Source: Setoptus koraiensis
Taxonomy: Eukaryota > Animalia > Arthropoda
Reading direction: 5' to 3'
NCBI GenBank assembly: GCA_048013815.1
Contig: CM106586.1
Span: 15,004,001-15,068,000, forward strand
DNA length: 64,000 nucleotides
Positions within the stretch are counted from its first letter, which is position 1. Every line of letters begins with the position of its first letter. A model generated the notes under the pieces. The model was not told the DNA's origin, searched no databases, and was given only the letters and a program-made list of their open reading frames with translations. The position numbers were made by a program, and so were the translations under genes. Of the stretch, positions 23,373-37,284 are shown one piece after another.

Positions 23373-26073
23373 TTAATTAGCGACATGTCATAGTTATCAC
23401 AGCTCACTATGTAGTGTGTGGTGCATGTGCAATGGAAACGTTGGTTTCTTTTCTGTTTGTTGCTGACCACCAACAGGAGACAATTCAGATTTGCCAAATT
23501 CACCAAATCCGCCAAATCTGGTTCGCATAAATCTCATTCGTTGGTCGCGAATTCGTCTGGCACAAAATCATCTCTCAATGTGTTGGTTGTTGCTTCAAGT
23601 GTTGTGTTGGTCGCACAATTCATCATCGTTTAAAAATCATTATTTATTCAATGGTAATTCAAGTTGAACTCTCTATATTTGCTTTGACTGATATGCAATA
23701 ATATTGATTTTATTGTACTGGTTGTATTGTGTTGGTTTGTGGTGCGATGCAGCAAACAAATGTCCTCTAGCGCGCTCACTGCTTCACTGCTGGCACTTTG
23801 GAGGCTACACGAAGTAGGCCGTGATCTTGCATTTATTAAATAATGTTTATTATCATGAATTCTCATTCAACTTCCTATTAGCCTGTGTGTGTCTATGCGT
23901 GTTTCCATTATTGTGTGCTTGATTTGACTTGTAAACTTTGTGGTTGCGAGGGCAACCACCACTGGCTGCAAACTTGCAACACAATCTCAACTAACCACGG
24001 AGCGGTGTTGCACTATTCGCTCTAATGTCGCTTGCTGCTTATTATTGCCGCGGATTATTGCTGTGGATTATTATTACTGGCTCACGGCGCTTTGAGCTGG
24101 CAACTGTGTCGGCGGTCATTCACAATTTGGGTGACCATTGCAAACAAACAGAGTGGACAAAGAGCGAGGTTCAAGTGCTTGTGAGAATGCGCGTGTTTCT
24201 CTTCAGTGGTGGCTCGCTTTTAGCGTTACGGCGACCACTAAAAATTGTTGCCAACATTCGTACATGTGGAGAGCGAGAGAGAGAGAGAGAGAGCGAGAGA
24301 AAAGTTGTGGTCACCACCGGCAGAGCGAAAGCCAGTTACGCAACAATGACCTCATTGTTTGCCCGGCCATGGTGGAACGTGTTGGCCGCATAAACGACAA
24401 ACTGTGTGCTACATGCTATGACAAAATTAGCGCTACCACTAACGTCCTCGAATGGCCGCTGCAAGCCCCCATTGTGTTGCCGTCGACGTCGTGAACTCTG
24501 CCACGATATTAATTTTAGTTGGCATACTCACCTGTGTATGTAGTGTCGGCACACGTGCTGCAGCTCGTGGCCAATATTGCCGTTGTTGTTGTTGTGTGGT
24601 TGCACGAGGCAACGGTGAAAACATTGCATTACTAATCATCGAGTATGGCAACGCCACCAGAGTCTAGCAAGTGTGAGGTTGATGATCTCAGAGAGAAGCG
24701 GAGGCCCAAATTCGCAGGCTAAAAGCCCAACACACAAACACACTTAAATGAGGCACCAAATCGCACGTGTCTCATTTGGGCAGATATTCAAATAATTATT
24801 TTATTTATTGTTGCTCATTTATTAGACATTTTACGTTGTAGTTGCGCCGCACACACACACACACACACGACCAACTAACGGCAACGCGATGATCAATCAA
24901 TTGAAATCTGTCATCTAGATGCAAACATTTCGCTCGGGACTTGATTGTTTTCGCCGCTAGCAGGCTGATTGTTTTTGTTGCTGGCTGACTGTGTCAAAAG
25001 TAACCTATTTACTATGATGAATCACATTGAAACTGAACTGGGGTCCGAGCGCAACGATGGGGTCATTTGTGGCCGTTGTTATTGGTGGAAACACTCACTG
25101 AGCAAGATTGTTATCTGCAGCGCAGTATTGCATGCAATTCTCAATAATAATATACGTAATAATAATAAAATAATATATGTAGTAATAGTAATATGGTGAT
25201 AATATGTGTAATAATAATACTATATAGTAATAACTAACTATATACTGATGTACGGCGACATTAGCAGACGCTCGAGTTTACTGCTCTCTGTCGAGTTCAA
25301 CCGCTCACTAGGTCCGAACCGAAAGTGTCACGTACCATTCTGTGTCGTGTCGTGTCCTATCATCAATTAGCACTATAGTGGCGCAGGAATGCGATGGTGT
25401 TGATGACCTATGAATGAGTACGAATCTTTAATATTAAAATGAGCCATTTGATGATATGGCGCTTAAAGGCTTGACAGTAGAGGTGAACGACACTATAGCA
25501 TCTCTTACCTATCTTTTTCTGCTGGACAACACTGGCACACTGGCAGCAATTAGCATAAAAAAAAACTTTAATTTCCATAACCATCAGTGGCGTTAATCAA
25601 CGTGGTGCGTTGATGAGGTGATTATTACCATATCACCCCATATCGTAAAATCGTTGATTATGTCTCACTTGTTCGTATTGTCGAGTTCATACTTTCATTG
25701 TTATAGTGGCGCTTACATGTTATTTGGTGTTCACAGTTATTTGGAGGCTTATGAGTTATTTGGAGGTTCAGTTGAAGATCACTGGCGAGGCTTGCAGAAT
25801 TTTGGCGCATCGCGACGCTTGGCGTTGATTGGTGTGGCGATTACAGGTTGGCGTGGGTGATGTGGCCGCACAAAGGAAGAGATATTACCTGTGATACTGA
25901 GATTATCGGGAACAACTGTTGTCGCCAACGGCCGGCTGTGTTTTTCTTTCTTGGAGAAAAGACGAGTCGGCACGCAACACAATTGTGTACATCAGTAACA
26001 CGAAGCAATACTCATTATTTGATTGGGCCCCGATTGTGTGCCAATGCTAAACTAATGACTAATACTAAACTGA

Positions 26074-26121
26074 TAACTAGACTAATAACTAGACTAATAA
26101 CTAGACTAATAACTAGACTAA
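26074..26121. repeat. 12-bp tandem repeat x4 (taactagactaa)
   Basis: Four exact copies. Confidence 0.95.
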
Positions 26122-27268
26122 GCTTGCAATTTGCAGTCGCTGCTCAACTGGTGCTGGTGGTCGCTGGCCAGATTGGCAATTGCCAATTTGGCGATTGGTC
26201 CGATGCAATTCGATGCGCCGACTGAGCGAATTCGAGCAAATTCGAGCGACTGCGTGTGAATTCGAGCGAGTTCGATTCGGATTCATTGAGTTCGGATTGG
26301 GCGCTGTATGGTGGCGTTAATTAGCAGCGCTGTTGTTGGTGGCATTGGGCCAATGGCCAATCCAGAGAGAGAGCGAGATGCAATCTCAACTGTTGACCAA
26401 CGACAAATGGCAACTCCCATTTGAGCGATCCAATGCTGACGATGCGTTTGGCCGGCACGGTAACGAGCCAGACATGCTGCTTGTGGTTGCTGGATGTTTA
26501 GTGATATAATACATGATGAATACATGTGTGCATTTGTGCTGGTGAACTTAATTCTGATGATGATAATTATGATTGCAACTTTGCGTCTTCTTTCTGGGCT
26601 GTCGTTGTCTCTGTTGTTTCTATCAAACGGCCAACAAATCATCATCGTCATCAACGTAAATTCGACAAACACACACACACACTCAAACTAGGAGGTTCAT
26701 ACAAACAAAAAATAAATAAATAAATAAATGAGAATGCGAACTCACACAATCGTCAGTGGTTGTGTGTCTATCTGCGGCTGGAGCTGGCAACTTTTGCAAT
26801 GCAACTACAGCCGCAACTACAGCCACAACTACAACCGTGCTATACGCACACACATAATATAAATATATGTTTATAAATATATTTATTTATATATAAATAT
26901 ATATATCTGTGTATTTGGTCTGACGGTGCTTGTGCCGGGTGAGTACGGTTGAGTCTAGCCAAAGAAACGATTGACGAACACAACAAATTGTGTGCGCTTG
27001 TGCCGGTTCGACTCGCCGGTTAGTTTTATTTTATCATTTGCTGATCACAGATATACACACACACACACACAATGGGCATTATTATTATTATTAATGATGA
27101 TGATACAATCGCTCACTTTGTTTAGACTCTACATGTGCTCTATCTATCCTTGTCCCCGGCACCGCAACAACTGCAACCACCATTGCAACTACTGCTACTG
27201 CTGCTGGTGGTAGTGCCACTTGCACCACTACCGCGGCTATGTGGTATTAGTGGCAGTACAACATGTAC

Positions 27269-29712
27269 GAAAAGTTTTGAGAGATGAGCCATGTTTGCAG
27301 AGGAGACAAGAACAATTGCACACAATGAGAGCTAAATAAGCTAGTTAGTTTAATAACAACAGCAGGACAAAACAACGACAACACACAGTGGCAGCAAAAC
27401 TGCACTTTTGTCATGAGTGTTATGTAATGTACACACACAATGATTGTTGAGTTGCCTCTGAAACTCTCAATTGTACATGCGGTTCGAATGAAATGCGTGC
27501 CAATTCGAAGCGCAATGAGCCAATCGGATCGGATGTTGGCCGACGCACTTTTTGCCTGCTCACTTTGTCGCATAACACTGGGTTGCTTGTTGAATGCGCC
27601 ATAAGGCACACACAATTTGTGAGTCACAAATATATATATATAAATAATCATTGTCCGTTGCTACCATTTTGTGGCCACAGTCTTGCCACTCATCGGGCAT
27701 GTTGGCCACGCTAAACATGTCATAATAAATGGCCACCAGCAGCCAGCAACTGCCAGCCGGCCCGGCTGTAATGCTGTTGAAAAATGCACACAAACACACA
27801 GATGAAACGAGACAAAAAAGTATCATCTGCCAACTGACACTTGAACCTCCAGCCAGAGATTATACGTAGGTGTCTGTAGTTATGCAACACCCGGTACGTG
27901 ATCACAATTACGGCATGAGCCGGTAGTGAACATGAGTGTGGCCATACCACCACACAACAATCCGACAAATAATTGCAAAAGTTTTCATTGCATAGGCGTC
28001 ACACTTGCATGCAGTGAGGCCTGCGAGAGTGTTGGCGCCAAAACAAAATAATAATGATAATTGATGATTGGCAATGATCGCCCATCTTGTGCAAACCATT
28101 GTGCTCGTCGGCAACAAGTGCCACTATTAATATATGTAAGAGACTGCAGTGAACTATTGTAAATTGTTGTCCATCTCTGGTGCCATGTCGAGCACTCGAT
28201 TGCTGCCCAAATGGCTGCAAACCATGGCTGCAAACAATCCNNNNNNNNNNNNNNNNNNNNNNNNNNNNNNNNNNNNNNNNNNNNNNNNNNNNNNNNNNNN
28301 NNNNNNNNNNNNNNNNNNNNNNNNNNNNNNNNNNNNNNNNNNNNNNNNNNNNNNNNNNNNNNNNNNNNNNNNNNNNNNNNNNNNNNNNNNNNNNNNNNNN
28401 NNNNNNNNNNNNNNNNNNNNNNNNNNNNNNNNNNNNNNNNNNNNNNNNNNNNNNNNNNNNNNNNNNNNNNNNNNNNNNNNNNNNNNNNNNNNNNNNNNNN
28501 NNNNNNNNNNNNNNNNNNNNNNNNNNNNNNNNNNNNNNNNNNNNNNNNNNNNNNNNNNNNNNNNNNNNNNNNNNNNNNNNNNNNNNNNNNNNNNNNNNNN
28601 NNNNNNNNNNNNNNNNNNNNNNNNNNNNNNNNNNNNNNNNNNNNNNNNNNNNNNNNNNNNNNNNNNNNNNNNNNNNNNNNNNNNNNNNNNNNNNNNNNNN
28701 NNNNNNNNNNNNNNNNNNNNNNNNNNNNNNNNNNNNNNNNGAAAAGTTTTGAGAGATGAGCCATGTTTGCAGAGGAGACAAGAACAATTGCACACAATGA
28801 GAGCTAAATAAGCTAGTTAGTTTAATAACAACAGCAGGACAAAACAACGACAACACACAGTGGCAGCAAAACTGCACTTTTGTCATGAGTGTTATGTAAT
28901 GTACACACACAATGATTGTTGAGTTGCCTCTGAAACTCTCAATTGTACATGCGGTTCGAATGAAATGCGTGCCAATTCGAAGCGCAATGAGCCAATCGGA
29001 TCGGATCGGATCGGATGTTGGCCGACGCACTTTTTGCCTGCTCACTTTGTCGCATAACACTGGATTGCTTGTTGAATGCGCCATAAGGCACACACAATTT
29101 GTGAGTCACAAATATATATATATAAATAATCATTGTCCGTTGCTACCATTTTGTGGCCACAGTCTTGCCACTCATCGGGCATGTTGGCCACGCTAAACAT
29201 GTCATAATAAATGGCCACCAGCAGCCAGCAACTGCCAGCCAGCAACTGCCAGCCGGCCCGGCTGTAATGCTGTTGAAAAATGCACACAAACACACAGATG
29301 AAACGAGACAAAAAAGTATCATCTGCCAACTGACACTTGAACCTCCAGCCAGAGATTATACGTAGGTGTCTGTAGTTACGCAACACCCGGTACGTGATCA
29401 CGATTACGGCATGAGCCGGTAGTGAACATGAGTGTGGCCATACCACCACACAACAATCCGACAAATAATTGCAAAAGTTTTCATTGCATAGGCGTCGCAC
29501 TTGCATGCAGTGAGGCCAGCGAGAGTGTTGGCGCCAAAACAAAATAATGATAATTGATGATTGGCAATGATCGCCCATCTTGTGCAAACCATTGTGCTCG
29601 TCGGCAACAAGTGCCACTATTAATATATGTAAGAGACTGCAGTGAACTATTGTAAATTGTTGTCCATCTCTGGTGCCATGTCGATTGCTGCCCAAATGGC
29701 TGCAAACAATCC
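27269..29712 (+). repeat. About 970-bp direct duplication (27269-28240 vs 28741-29712) flanking a 500-N gap (28241-28740)
   Basis: Copies differ by a few SNPs and short repeat-unit indels; the right contig starts exactly at the duplicated sequence; likely uncollapsed haplotype overlap. Confidence 0.9.
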
Positions 29713-30370
29713 CTTGTTGTCGCATGTCTTTGTGGTGTTGCTACTGATTTACACACAACCGACGCATCGAGTGGGCGATGTGACGATCATCAATAATAGA
29801 CAGGAGCTCATTTGTTGTTAATTGATATGCATTTGTTGTCACAATGGCCATCGCCTTACATTCCGGTATTAGATAACACATGACATGCGAACAAATCTAT
29901 TGAGATACGCATTTGTTGTCATGTATGTTGGCTTGTCGAAATGTTGTCTTGTCCAATCAGTTCAATTGATTGAATACACACACACACGCACACTACAACC
30001 GCAAACAAGCTGACACGGCATTCACAAATTATTTCAAACAACACTTATGCTGTTAACGAATCAACAAATCTAATCAACAAATGTTATCAACTATTCCCGA
30101 TAGCAATAATAATAGTAATTAAACTGCCCTTAGAATGCCTGTGTTGGACTTAAAAAAAACAAACCAAAACAAAATAGGTCCAATATAATCTCAACTCAAC
30201 AGCAAACAATCGTTATTTGCTTGTTAACCGCAACGTTTAACGAGCTAATATCATCATCATCATTTTTTATTTTAAGTGTATCTGGTGGCGAAGCCAAAAG
30301 CATCTTTTTAACATCATGCTCTCCAAAACAAACTAGCTCATGTCACTTTTACTGTATGAGTTATACGTTA

Positions 30371-30914
30371 TCAACGTGGACGAATTGAATTTCCACCATG
30401 GTCATGTTAGATAAATCCTTGCCAACTTCATTCAAAACACTTGTAGGCAACTTGTTGTTGCTGTTCATGTCGTTGTTGTTTTACAATTGCTTCCGCTGAC
30501 AAGCAAGTCCGAATCACGAACAAACCAACCACGAAACACAATCCTCTGTTAGTTTGTGTTGGCTCGAATGCAAAAGTTTGTAAATTTCAAAGAGCTTTCA
30601 TTGCAACGCACCAATAGCTTTTTCTTAAATGCCCACTGGAAGTATCCACCAACATCAAATAAACAATTGGCGCTCCATTGTCGTCAGAGTTCCGCTCGCC
30701 ATCTCCGACACTCGACTAGCCACGTGGCAATGGGCAGCCAGTAAATTAGGAGATAATTAGCAAGTACTCAACATTTGGCTTGCAACGCAATATATTAATG
30801 GTTGCCCATGTGATCTTAGGTTGAGAGATAAAGTCCATATAATCATCTCATATTAGGCACTATCGCGAATTATAGCAAGGACAATGGGTGAGGCGAATGG
30901 GGATCATCGAACAA
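30371..30914 (-). pseudogene. Segment A (copy of 33683-34218), probable EMC1-derived relic, upstream part
   Basis: About 11 substitutions and one 8-bp indel vs 33683-34218; for EMC1 similarity see that copy. Confidence 0.5.
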
Positions 30915-30975
30915 CTGTGAAGTAACTGATGAAGTGGCCCAATTCCAATCCCTACGACTTTTACCCTCACAGTTT

Positions 30976-32710
30976 CTATCCTTTGATGGCAACGGCAATC
31001 CCAGAAACATCGTGTGGTATGCCGGTTCTCATCCGGGCCCATCTACATTTGGATTTGATTTTTTTTTAGCATAGCGAATGGTGATAGTATAGTCTGTTTG
31101 ATCTTGTGCCTTGAGAGAAGAATTACATGCACCCATATTCAAGTTACTTACCTGTTCTCCACTGGATTGTATGCTTCCAAACAATGCCTTCTTTCTTCAC
31201 TAATGGCGAAAATTTTGTCGCCTAGCACAACTAGACTCAAATTACTCTTTCCGGTGAGCATGGGTGCTATCGGTTCCCATTTATCCTCTCGCGGGTCATA
31301 CTTTTCTCCAGAAGCGAGCACGTTAAGTCCTTGTTTTCCTCCAACAACGTATATATGCCCTTTAAATGTTGTGCACCCGAAAAAACTTCTTGCTTCTAGC
31401 ATCGGCGAGACTTCTTCCCAGTATGACCATCCATTCCCTCTTTCAAATCGTTCAACCGAAGAGAGGTTTCTGCCTCGAGAAAATCCCCCAATAACATAAA
31501 CCTTGTCATCTAAACTTACAATACCATAGTTACCTCTGTTTATATGTGGGGCGGGCAGCGCAATCCACTGTTTGGTTTGTGGGCAGAACAACTGAGATGG
31601 AATTTCATCTCCTGTGATGAAGGGGCAACCTTTTATAGTGGTGAGGCCTACAGATTGCCGCCCGGAAAGTACCGGAGATGGCATCGGTGTAAACAAATTG
31701 GAATGGTAATTATAACAGGCGACATGACACATTTCAAAGTCATGATAGATGAAATAGATGACGTTATTCCATGCTACCAGGTTGAACTTTGCGTGCGGAA
31801 TTATAGCCATGTTCGTTTTCGTCCAATTTTCTCCAGACGGATTGTATCTCATAGTGAGTTTACCTGGCGTGAAATAATAGATACATGTCGGCGAGCAATC
31901 TCTCGCATGGAGTAGACGACCGTTCTGGACAGCCTCAATATTAGAGATATCATATGGAGGGAAGCAAAAACCTCTCATCATAGCTATGTATTTTGTGCAT
32001 TCTTCTCGCGATTGGATGATTGGATCCAAGGCCACTTTTATGAAACTCTGAACACTCAATTGAGGAAATCTAATTTGTTTAAGGAGCTTCAACAAATGTT
32101 CTTCTCTGTCATTGTGGCAAGCCCATAGTTTCGAAGCCTTGAAAAGCTCATATTCTGAATTCACCACTAAGTTTTCGCTCTGAAAAAGATCGATAATTCG
32201 TTCCAGGGATAGTTTCACAATCTGTGTTTTGTTCAATTTGGCGAAATTTTCCAAAATGTAATCCGTAGACTGCTGAGCCAACCATTCAAGACTGAGTTCG
32301 TCAGCAATGTGCAAAAAGTCGACGCAATTGGAAATGTCTATATTCCCTGCAAGATATTTGCTACATTTTTCCTCTAAAGAGTGCACCTGCATAAATGAGG
32401 CAGCGTCCAATAAAGATTGAACATTTTCGTCGTTTATATCTATTTTCTTCGTATACAGGTAATCGATCACTGATTTGACAATCGCAAACTCCAGATGCTC
32501 AATATCGACACGAGATTCTCTCGATTCTTTGCAGTCCAGTGTTATCATAGCCTTGAAGTAAGGGGACGAGACAGCAAGTACGAGTTTGTGGGCCGCGATT
32601 TCTTCGCCACGGACATTCACTGAAAAATCACCTGGGATACTTTCGTTTCTCAAGTCGTTCATTGCGAACATTGCATCTCTGAAATATTCTAGATCCTCAT
32701 CGTCTGCCAT
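30976..32710 (-). CDS. BTB-BACK-Kelch protein paralog 1 (exons 32710-31152, 31042-30976)
   Basis: AHKLVLAVSSPYFKAM BTB motif; BACK domain; kelch repeats VYVIGG..VERFE and IYVVGG..GEKYDPREDKW; GT-AG intron to a short last exon. Confidence 0.92.
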
Positions 32711-33054
32711 GTTTAATCTCAAGCGATAGAAAATTGCCAATTAACCGAGACTGCCAGGTCGGAGAGCTGTAAATATGCAAAATTTGCAGTTGAATTGTGA
32801 TTTCTGATTTCACGCTCTCCATTAATATGGCGTTATATAAGAAATCTGCACTATGGTCTATGGTATTTTGGATTGTGTCACACAATTTGTGTGTCAAATG
32901 TCAATGCACAAGCTACGTGTTCCTCTCTCTCTCTCTCTCCCAGAGAGCAGTACACAGATTCAAAATAGTTGGCGCGATCTAACAAATATCAAACAAATGG
33001 GACATCCGTGATACAACTATTCGGGCATCGATTTGATATCGTGAAGTGGGAGAA

Positions 33055-34218
33055 ACAATGCATCTCGCAACCAAATTAACGATGATTTGCGTCAGTTCAA
33101 TTATTGATTTCTCTGGTCTTGTATCGTGTTATAACTTCAGCATGGAAAATACCAACAGGAAATGTCGAAACTGCGACAATCGCCCCGAAAGCTCGGATAC
33201 TGGATCAGTACTCAAGCATTTACACTCGGGCTTTTCCAGCCTCCTCATCATGAACGATTTCTTTGTTGCAAATCTCATTCCTTTGAGCACCAACTTCAAT
33301 TTGAATAGAGATATAAACAACAGTGCGACAACAACTTGTTGTCGCAATGTAAGCAGAACAAATGTAACCAACTCATGATATAATGGGTGTTAGTAACACT
33401 GAATCGGGACTATTCACTTGCTGGCAGCTTCAGAAACGAGGATTGAATTTAACTTACTTTGATTAACCTAATAGATGCAATCTTGAGTTTATCTAATCAT
33501 TTCCCTTCTTCAAATAGTGCCTCAATGAAATCCATCTATATGATGTCACTCATCAGTGATGAGTCATCACGCTTACAAATGATCTTTCATTTATCTGTAG
33601 CGATAAAAAAAGCAATGACATGTATTTATTTTCATCGAACTTGATATTAATGTCAACGGTCAATGTCAACCATCCACCAGTGTCAACGTGGACGAATTGA
33701 ATTTCCACCATGGTCATGTTAGATAAATCCTTGCCAACTTCATTCAAAACACTTGTAGGCAACTTGTTGTTGCTGTTCATGTCGTTGTTGTTTTACAATT
33801 GCTTCCGCTGACAAGCAAGTCCGAATCACGAACAAACCAACCACGAAACACAATCCTCTGTTAGTTTGTGTTGGCTCAAATGTAAAAGTTTGTAAATTTC
33901 AAAGAGCTTTCATTGCAACGCACCAATAGCTTTTTCTCAAATGCCCACTGGAAGTATCCACCAACATCAAATAAACAATTGGCGCTCCATTGTCGTCAGA
34001 GTTTCGCTCGCCATCTCCGACACTCGACTTGCAATAAGCAGCCAGTAAATTAGGAGATAATTAGCAAGTACTCAACATTTGGCTTGCAACGCAATATATT
34101 AATGGTTGCCCATGTGATCTTAGGTTGAGAGATAAAGTCCACATAATCATCTCATACTAGGCACTATCGCGAATCATAGCGAGGGCAATGGGTGAGGCGA
34201 ATGGGGATCATCGAACAA
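33055..34218 (-). pseudogene. Contiguous segments B+A: probable decayed C-terminal fragment of EMC1
   Basis: Minus-strand pieces *LSPNLLAAY, YLMLVDTSSG, QRNEICNKEI and STFPVGI..TREINN occur in the order of EMC1 motifs YxNPNLLA, LYLVDxVSG, RRxEIxxxEL, YIFP..TERGIT (recalled from memory); multiple stops and frameshifts. Confidence 0.5.
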
Positions 34219-34454
34219 CAATTGTGAACTCCTTTCGTCGTCATGAACAACTCAAACTCCAACTTAAGACATACGTAACTGACATATCGTTTTACATTGA
34301 CGATACAACTGAACAAGTATAGTGACTAGCGACCAGTTGAAGTATTCATATTTTGATTCCTTTAATCGCCACGTTTCTTTGTCGTTTGGAGTTGTCACAC
34401 AGTTTCATATCGGTTTCGTATCGTGCAAGAATCTTCAGTCAGGAAGAAAAACAA

Positions 34455-34950
34455 CAACAGTCGAATTCAACAGGCCAGAGTAGATCTCCCCAATAGTTAT
34501 ATCTCCTTCGACATCAAGTCTGTCTCGTTTTATGCATTCACAGCTGGACAAGTGGCAACAGTTACTAAACTGTTGAAATAGGGAAGCTCAACAACAAACA
34601 CTTGTTGAACACAGGTGCTCAGGGCAACAATCAAAGGGTATGCCAGGATTCGCTTGCAGGGAGAAATTGAAATTGATTTATACTTTCTTATTCCAGGTAA
34701 TGTTCAGTTTTTCCAGGCATTTGTTATGAGAGCCGCGCCAGGGCATAATTACGGCCTGGTCTAGTAGCGAATCAGCAATCACCGGAAAGCAAGGGCAGAC
34801 CAATTTGAATCTTATCTTATGTCCTAACTATAGATATAATTGAATAGATTGAATTTTGTCATTTGAGTGAGCCGTTGAATAATATTTAAATGTAAAATTT
34901 CTCCAGTTTGTATTCTTTTGCTCTACTTTTGTCTAAGTCCAGCACCACAG
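34455..34950 (-). pseudogene. Degenerate EMG1/NEP1-derived fragment (relic 3)
   Basis: 34455-34800 is homologous to 13585-13950; aacggctcactcaaatgacaaaattcaa matches NEP1 aacagttcagtgcaaagatcgaaattcaa; VCPCFPVIADSLLDQAVI resembles VHQCLLMLFDSPLNHAEL. Confidence 0.55.
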
Positions 34951-35151
34951 GGAAACGCCAGTTAGTCATGACGAGGCATCATGAGCGAAGCTCAACAATG
35001 CGAATCATAGCAAACGGTCGAATATGAATTTCTTGTTTATTTTAATTTATCATCTCTCTACAATTAGTCTACGTTCGAGAGGCATGATTAATTAGTTACT
35101 GCATTGCTCGAATGACAGCTGCTGGTATTTCAATCTCCGCCACTTTTACCC

Positions 35152-36979
35152 TCACAGTTTCAACCCTTTGATGGCAACGACACTCCCATAATAACCGAGT
35201 AGCCCCTTAGGCCGCGGCGAGTCCCATCTGCATTTAGATGTGTATTTTTTGAGTATAGCGAATGATGAAAGTAGAGTATCTTTGATCGCGCGTACAGAGA
35301 GGGTAACTATGCACTCACATTCGAGTTACTTACCTGTCTTCCACTGGATCGTATGATTCCACCATATCCGACCAATATTCCTCAGGATCGTCAGGATCCC
35401 ACTCTTGAGACCTCCCACCAACGGCACAAATTTTGTCGCCCACCACAACTAGGCTGATATATCTTCTTGACCGGCTCAAGGGTGCTATAGGTTCCCATTT
35501 ATCCTCTTGCGGGTCGTACCTCTCGCCAGAGCTTAGTCGATCAGTTCCATCGTCTCCTCCGACAACGTATATGTGCCCTTTGAAGGTTGTGCATCCGAAT
35601 GAGTTTCTTTTAGTTCTCATCGGAGAGACTTTTTCCCATCCGACGCCTTCTTTAAAACGTTCAACCGAAGATAAAATTAGGCGTCCGGACTTTCCTCCAA
35701 TAACATAAACATTGTCGGCTAAGCTTGCAACACCGCAACTATGCCTAGGTATGAGTGGGCCGGGACACTCAATCCACTCATCGGTTTGAGGACAGAACAA
35801 CTCAGACGGAACGGCTGGAACTTTTCCGCTCGACGTTGGTGCAGACGAACCTCCTACGATAAAAGGGCAGCCTCTCACAGTTGTTAGGCCTAGACCGCGC
35901 CTGACAAATTTCGGGGATGGTATCGATGTAAACATATTGCAATGGTAATTATAACAAACGACTCGATTGGTAGTTTCATATCCTCCGGTAGCTTGTGAGA
36001 TTCCTGGAGTACGGCCGACAAAATAGATGGCATTGTTCCACGCTGTTAGGGCGAACTTCTCGTACGGGATGGTTGGCATATCTGTGCTTATCCATTTAAC
36101 TTCAATAGGATCATATCTCCGGGTGGGTCGACCTTCCCCGAAATAATAGATGTATGTCGGCAGGCAATCTCGTGCGTGGAATAGACGACCATTCTTGGTA
36201 GTGTCAATATCAGAGGTATCGTAGGGGAAAAAGCACAATCTTTTTATCTTAGTCATGTAGTTCTTGCATTCTTCTCGCGATTGAATCATTGGATCGTCGT
36301 TGGCTTTCATGAAGTTATTTAAACTCATCTGAGGCCATCTAATTCGTTCAAGAAGCTCCAAAAAATTCTCCTCCCTGTTATTGTGACAAGCCCACAGCTT
36401 TGAGGCCTCGAAGAGCTCGTATTCTGAATTAAGGAACAGGTTTTCGCTTTGCGCAACGTCCAGAATTTGCTCCAGTGATAGTTTCACAATTTGTTCGTTT
36501 CCCAATTTGGCGAAGTTCTTGAAAATAAAATCTTTGGACACCCGGACAAACTCTTCGAGGCTGAACTTGGCGGCAATGTTGAGAAAATCTATGCAATTGA
36601 AAATGTTTATATTCTCTGCCAGATGGCTACCACATTTTTGCTCTAAGGAGCATATCTGCATAAATGAGGCAGTGTCTAATAGAGACAAAACATTTTCGTT
36701 GTTTATGTCTATTTTCCTCGTGTACAGGTAATCTATCACTGATTTGACATTCGAAAACTCTAGGTGCTCAATCTCGACACGAGATTCTCTCGATTCTTTG
36801 CAGTCCATTGTTATCATAGCCTTGAAGTAAGGGGACGAGGCAGCAAGTACGGGCTTGTGAGCTGTGATTTCTTGGCCACGGACATTCACTGAAAAATCAC
36901 CTGGGATATTTTCGGTTCTCAATGTGTTCATTGCCAACATGGTATCTCTGAAATATTCTAGATCTCCATTATCTGCCAT
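35152..36979 (-). CDS. BTB-BACK-Kelch protein paralog 2 (exons 36979-35334, 35227-35152)
   Basis: Same domain order and last-intron position as paralog 1; intact frame. Confidence 0.92.
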
Positions 36980-37284
36980 TTTTAATTTCCAGCAAAGAAT
37001 AATTGCGAATTGAGCGAGACTATCAGGAATTGCGAGTATGCAAAAGTTGCAGTTAAAATGTGATTTTTTAATTTAAGCCTTCTGTTTATATGGCATAAAA
37101 TACATGTAAAGGGTGTTCGCTAAAAGATTTTTTCTTGAACTGAAAGGGTTGCGCTCAACTTTGCAGTGTTTTGTCCATGTGGCTTTCTTACCTAAAAACG
37201 CACCCTTCAAGAAATCGCTTCTGTGCCAACGGTTTTCTGGATTGTGTACAGATGAACGAGCCACAAGTGCCTCCCTCAAGAGTG

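Noticed and set aside
26200-26290. Clustered gaattcgagc motifs as heat-shock elements
   Set aside because: The spacing does not fit nGAAnnTTCn; likely simple degenerate repeats.
27985-29093. ORFs spanning the N gap (likewise 61628-62201)
   Set aside because: Artefacts of translating N as X.
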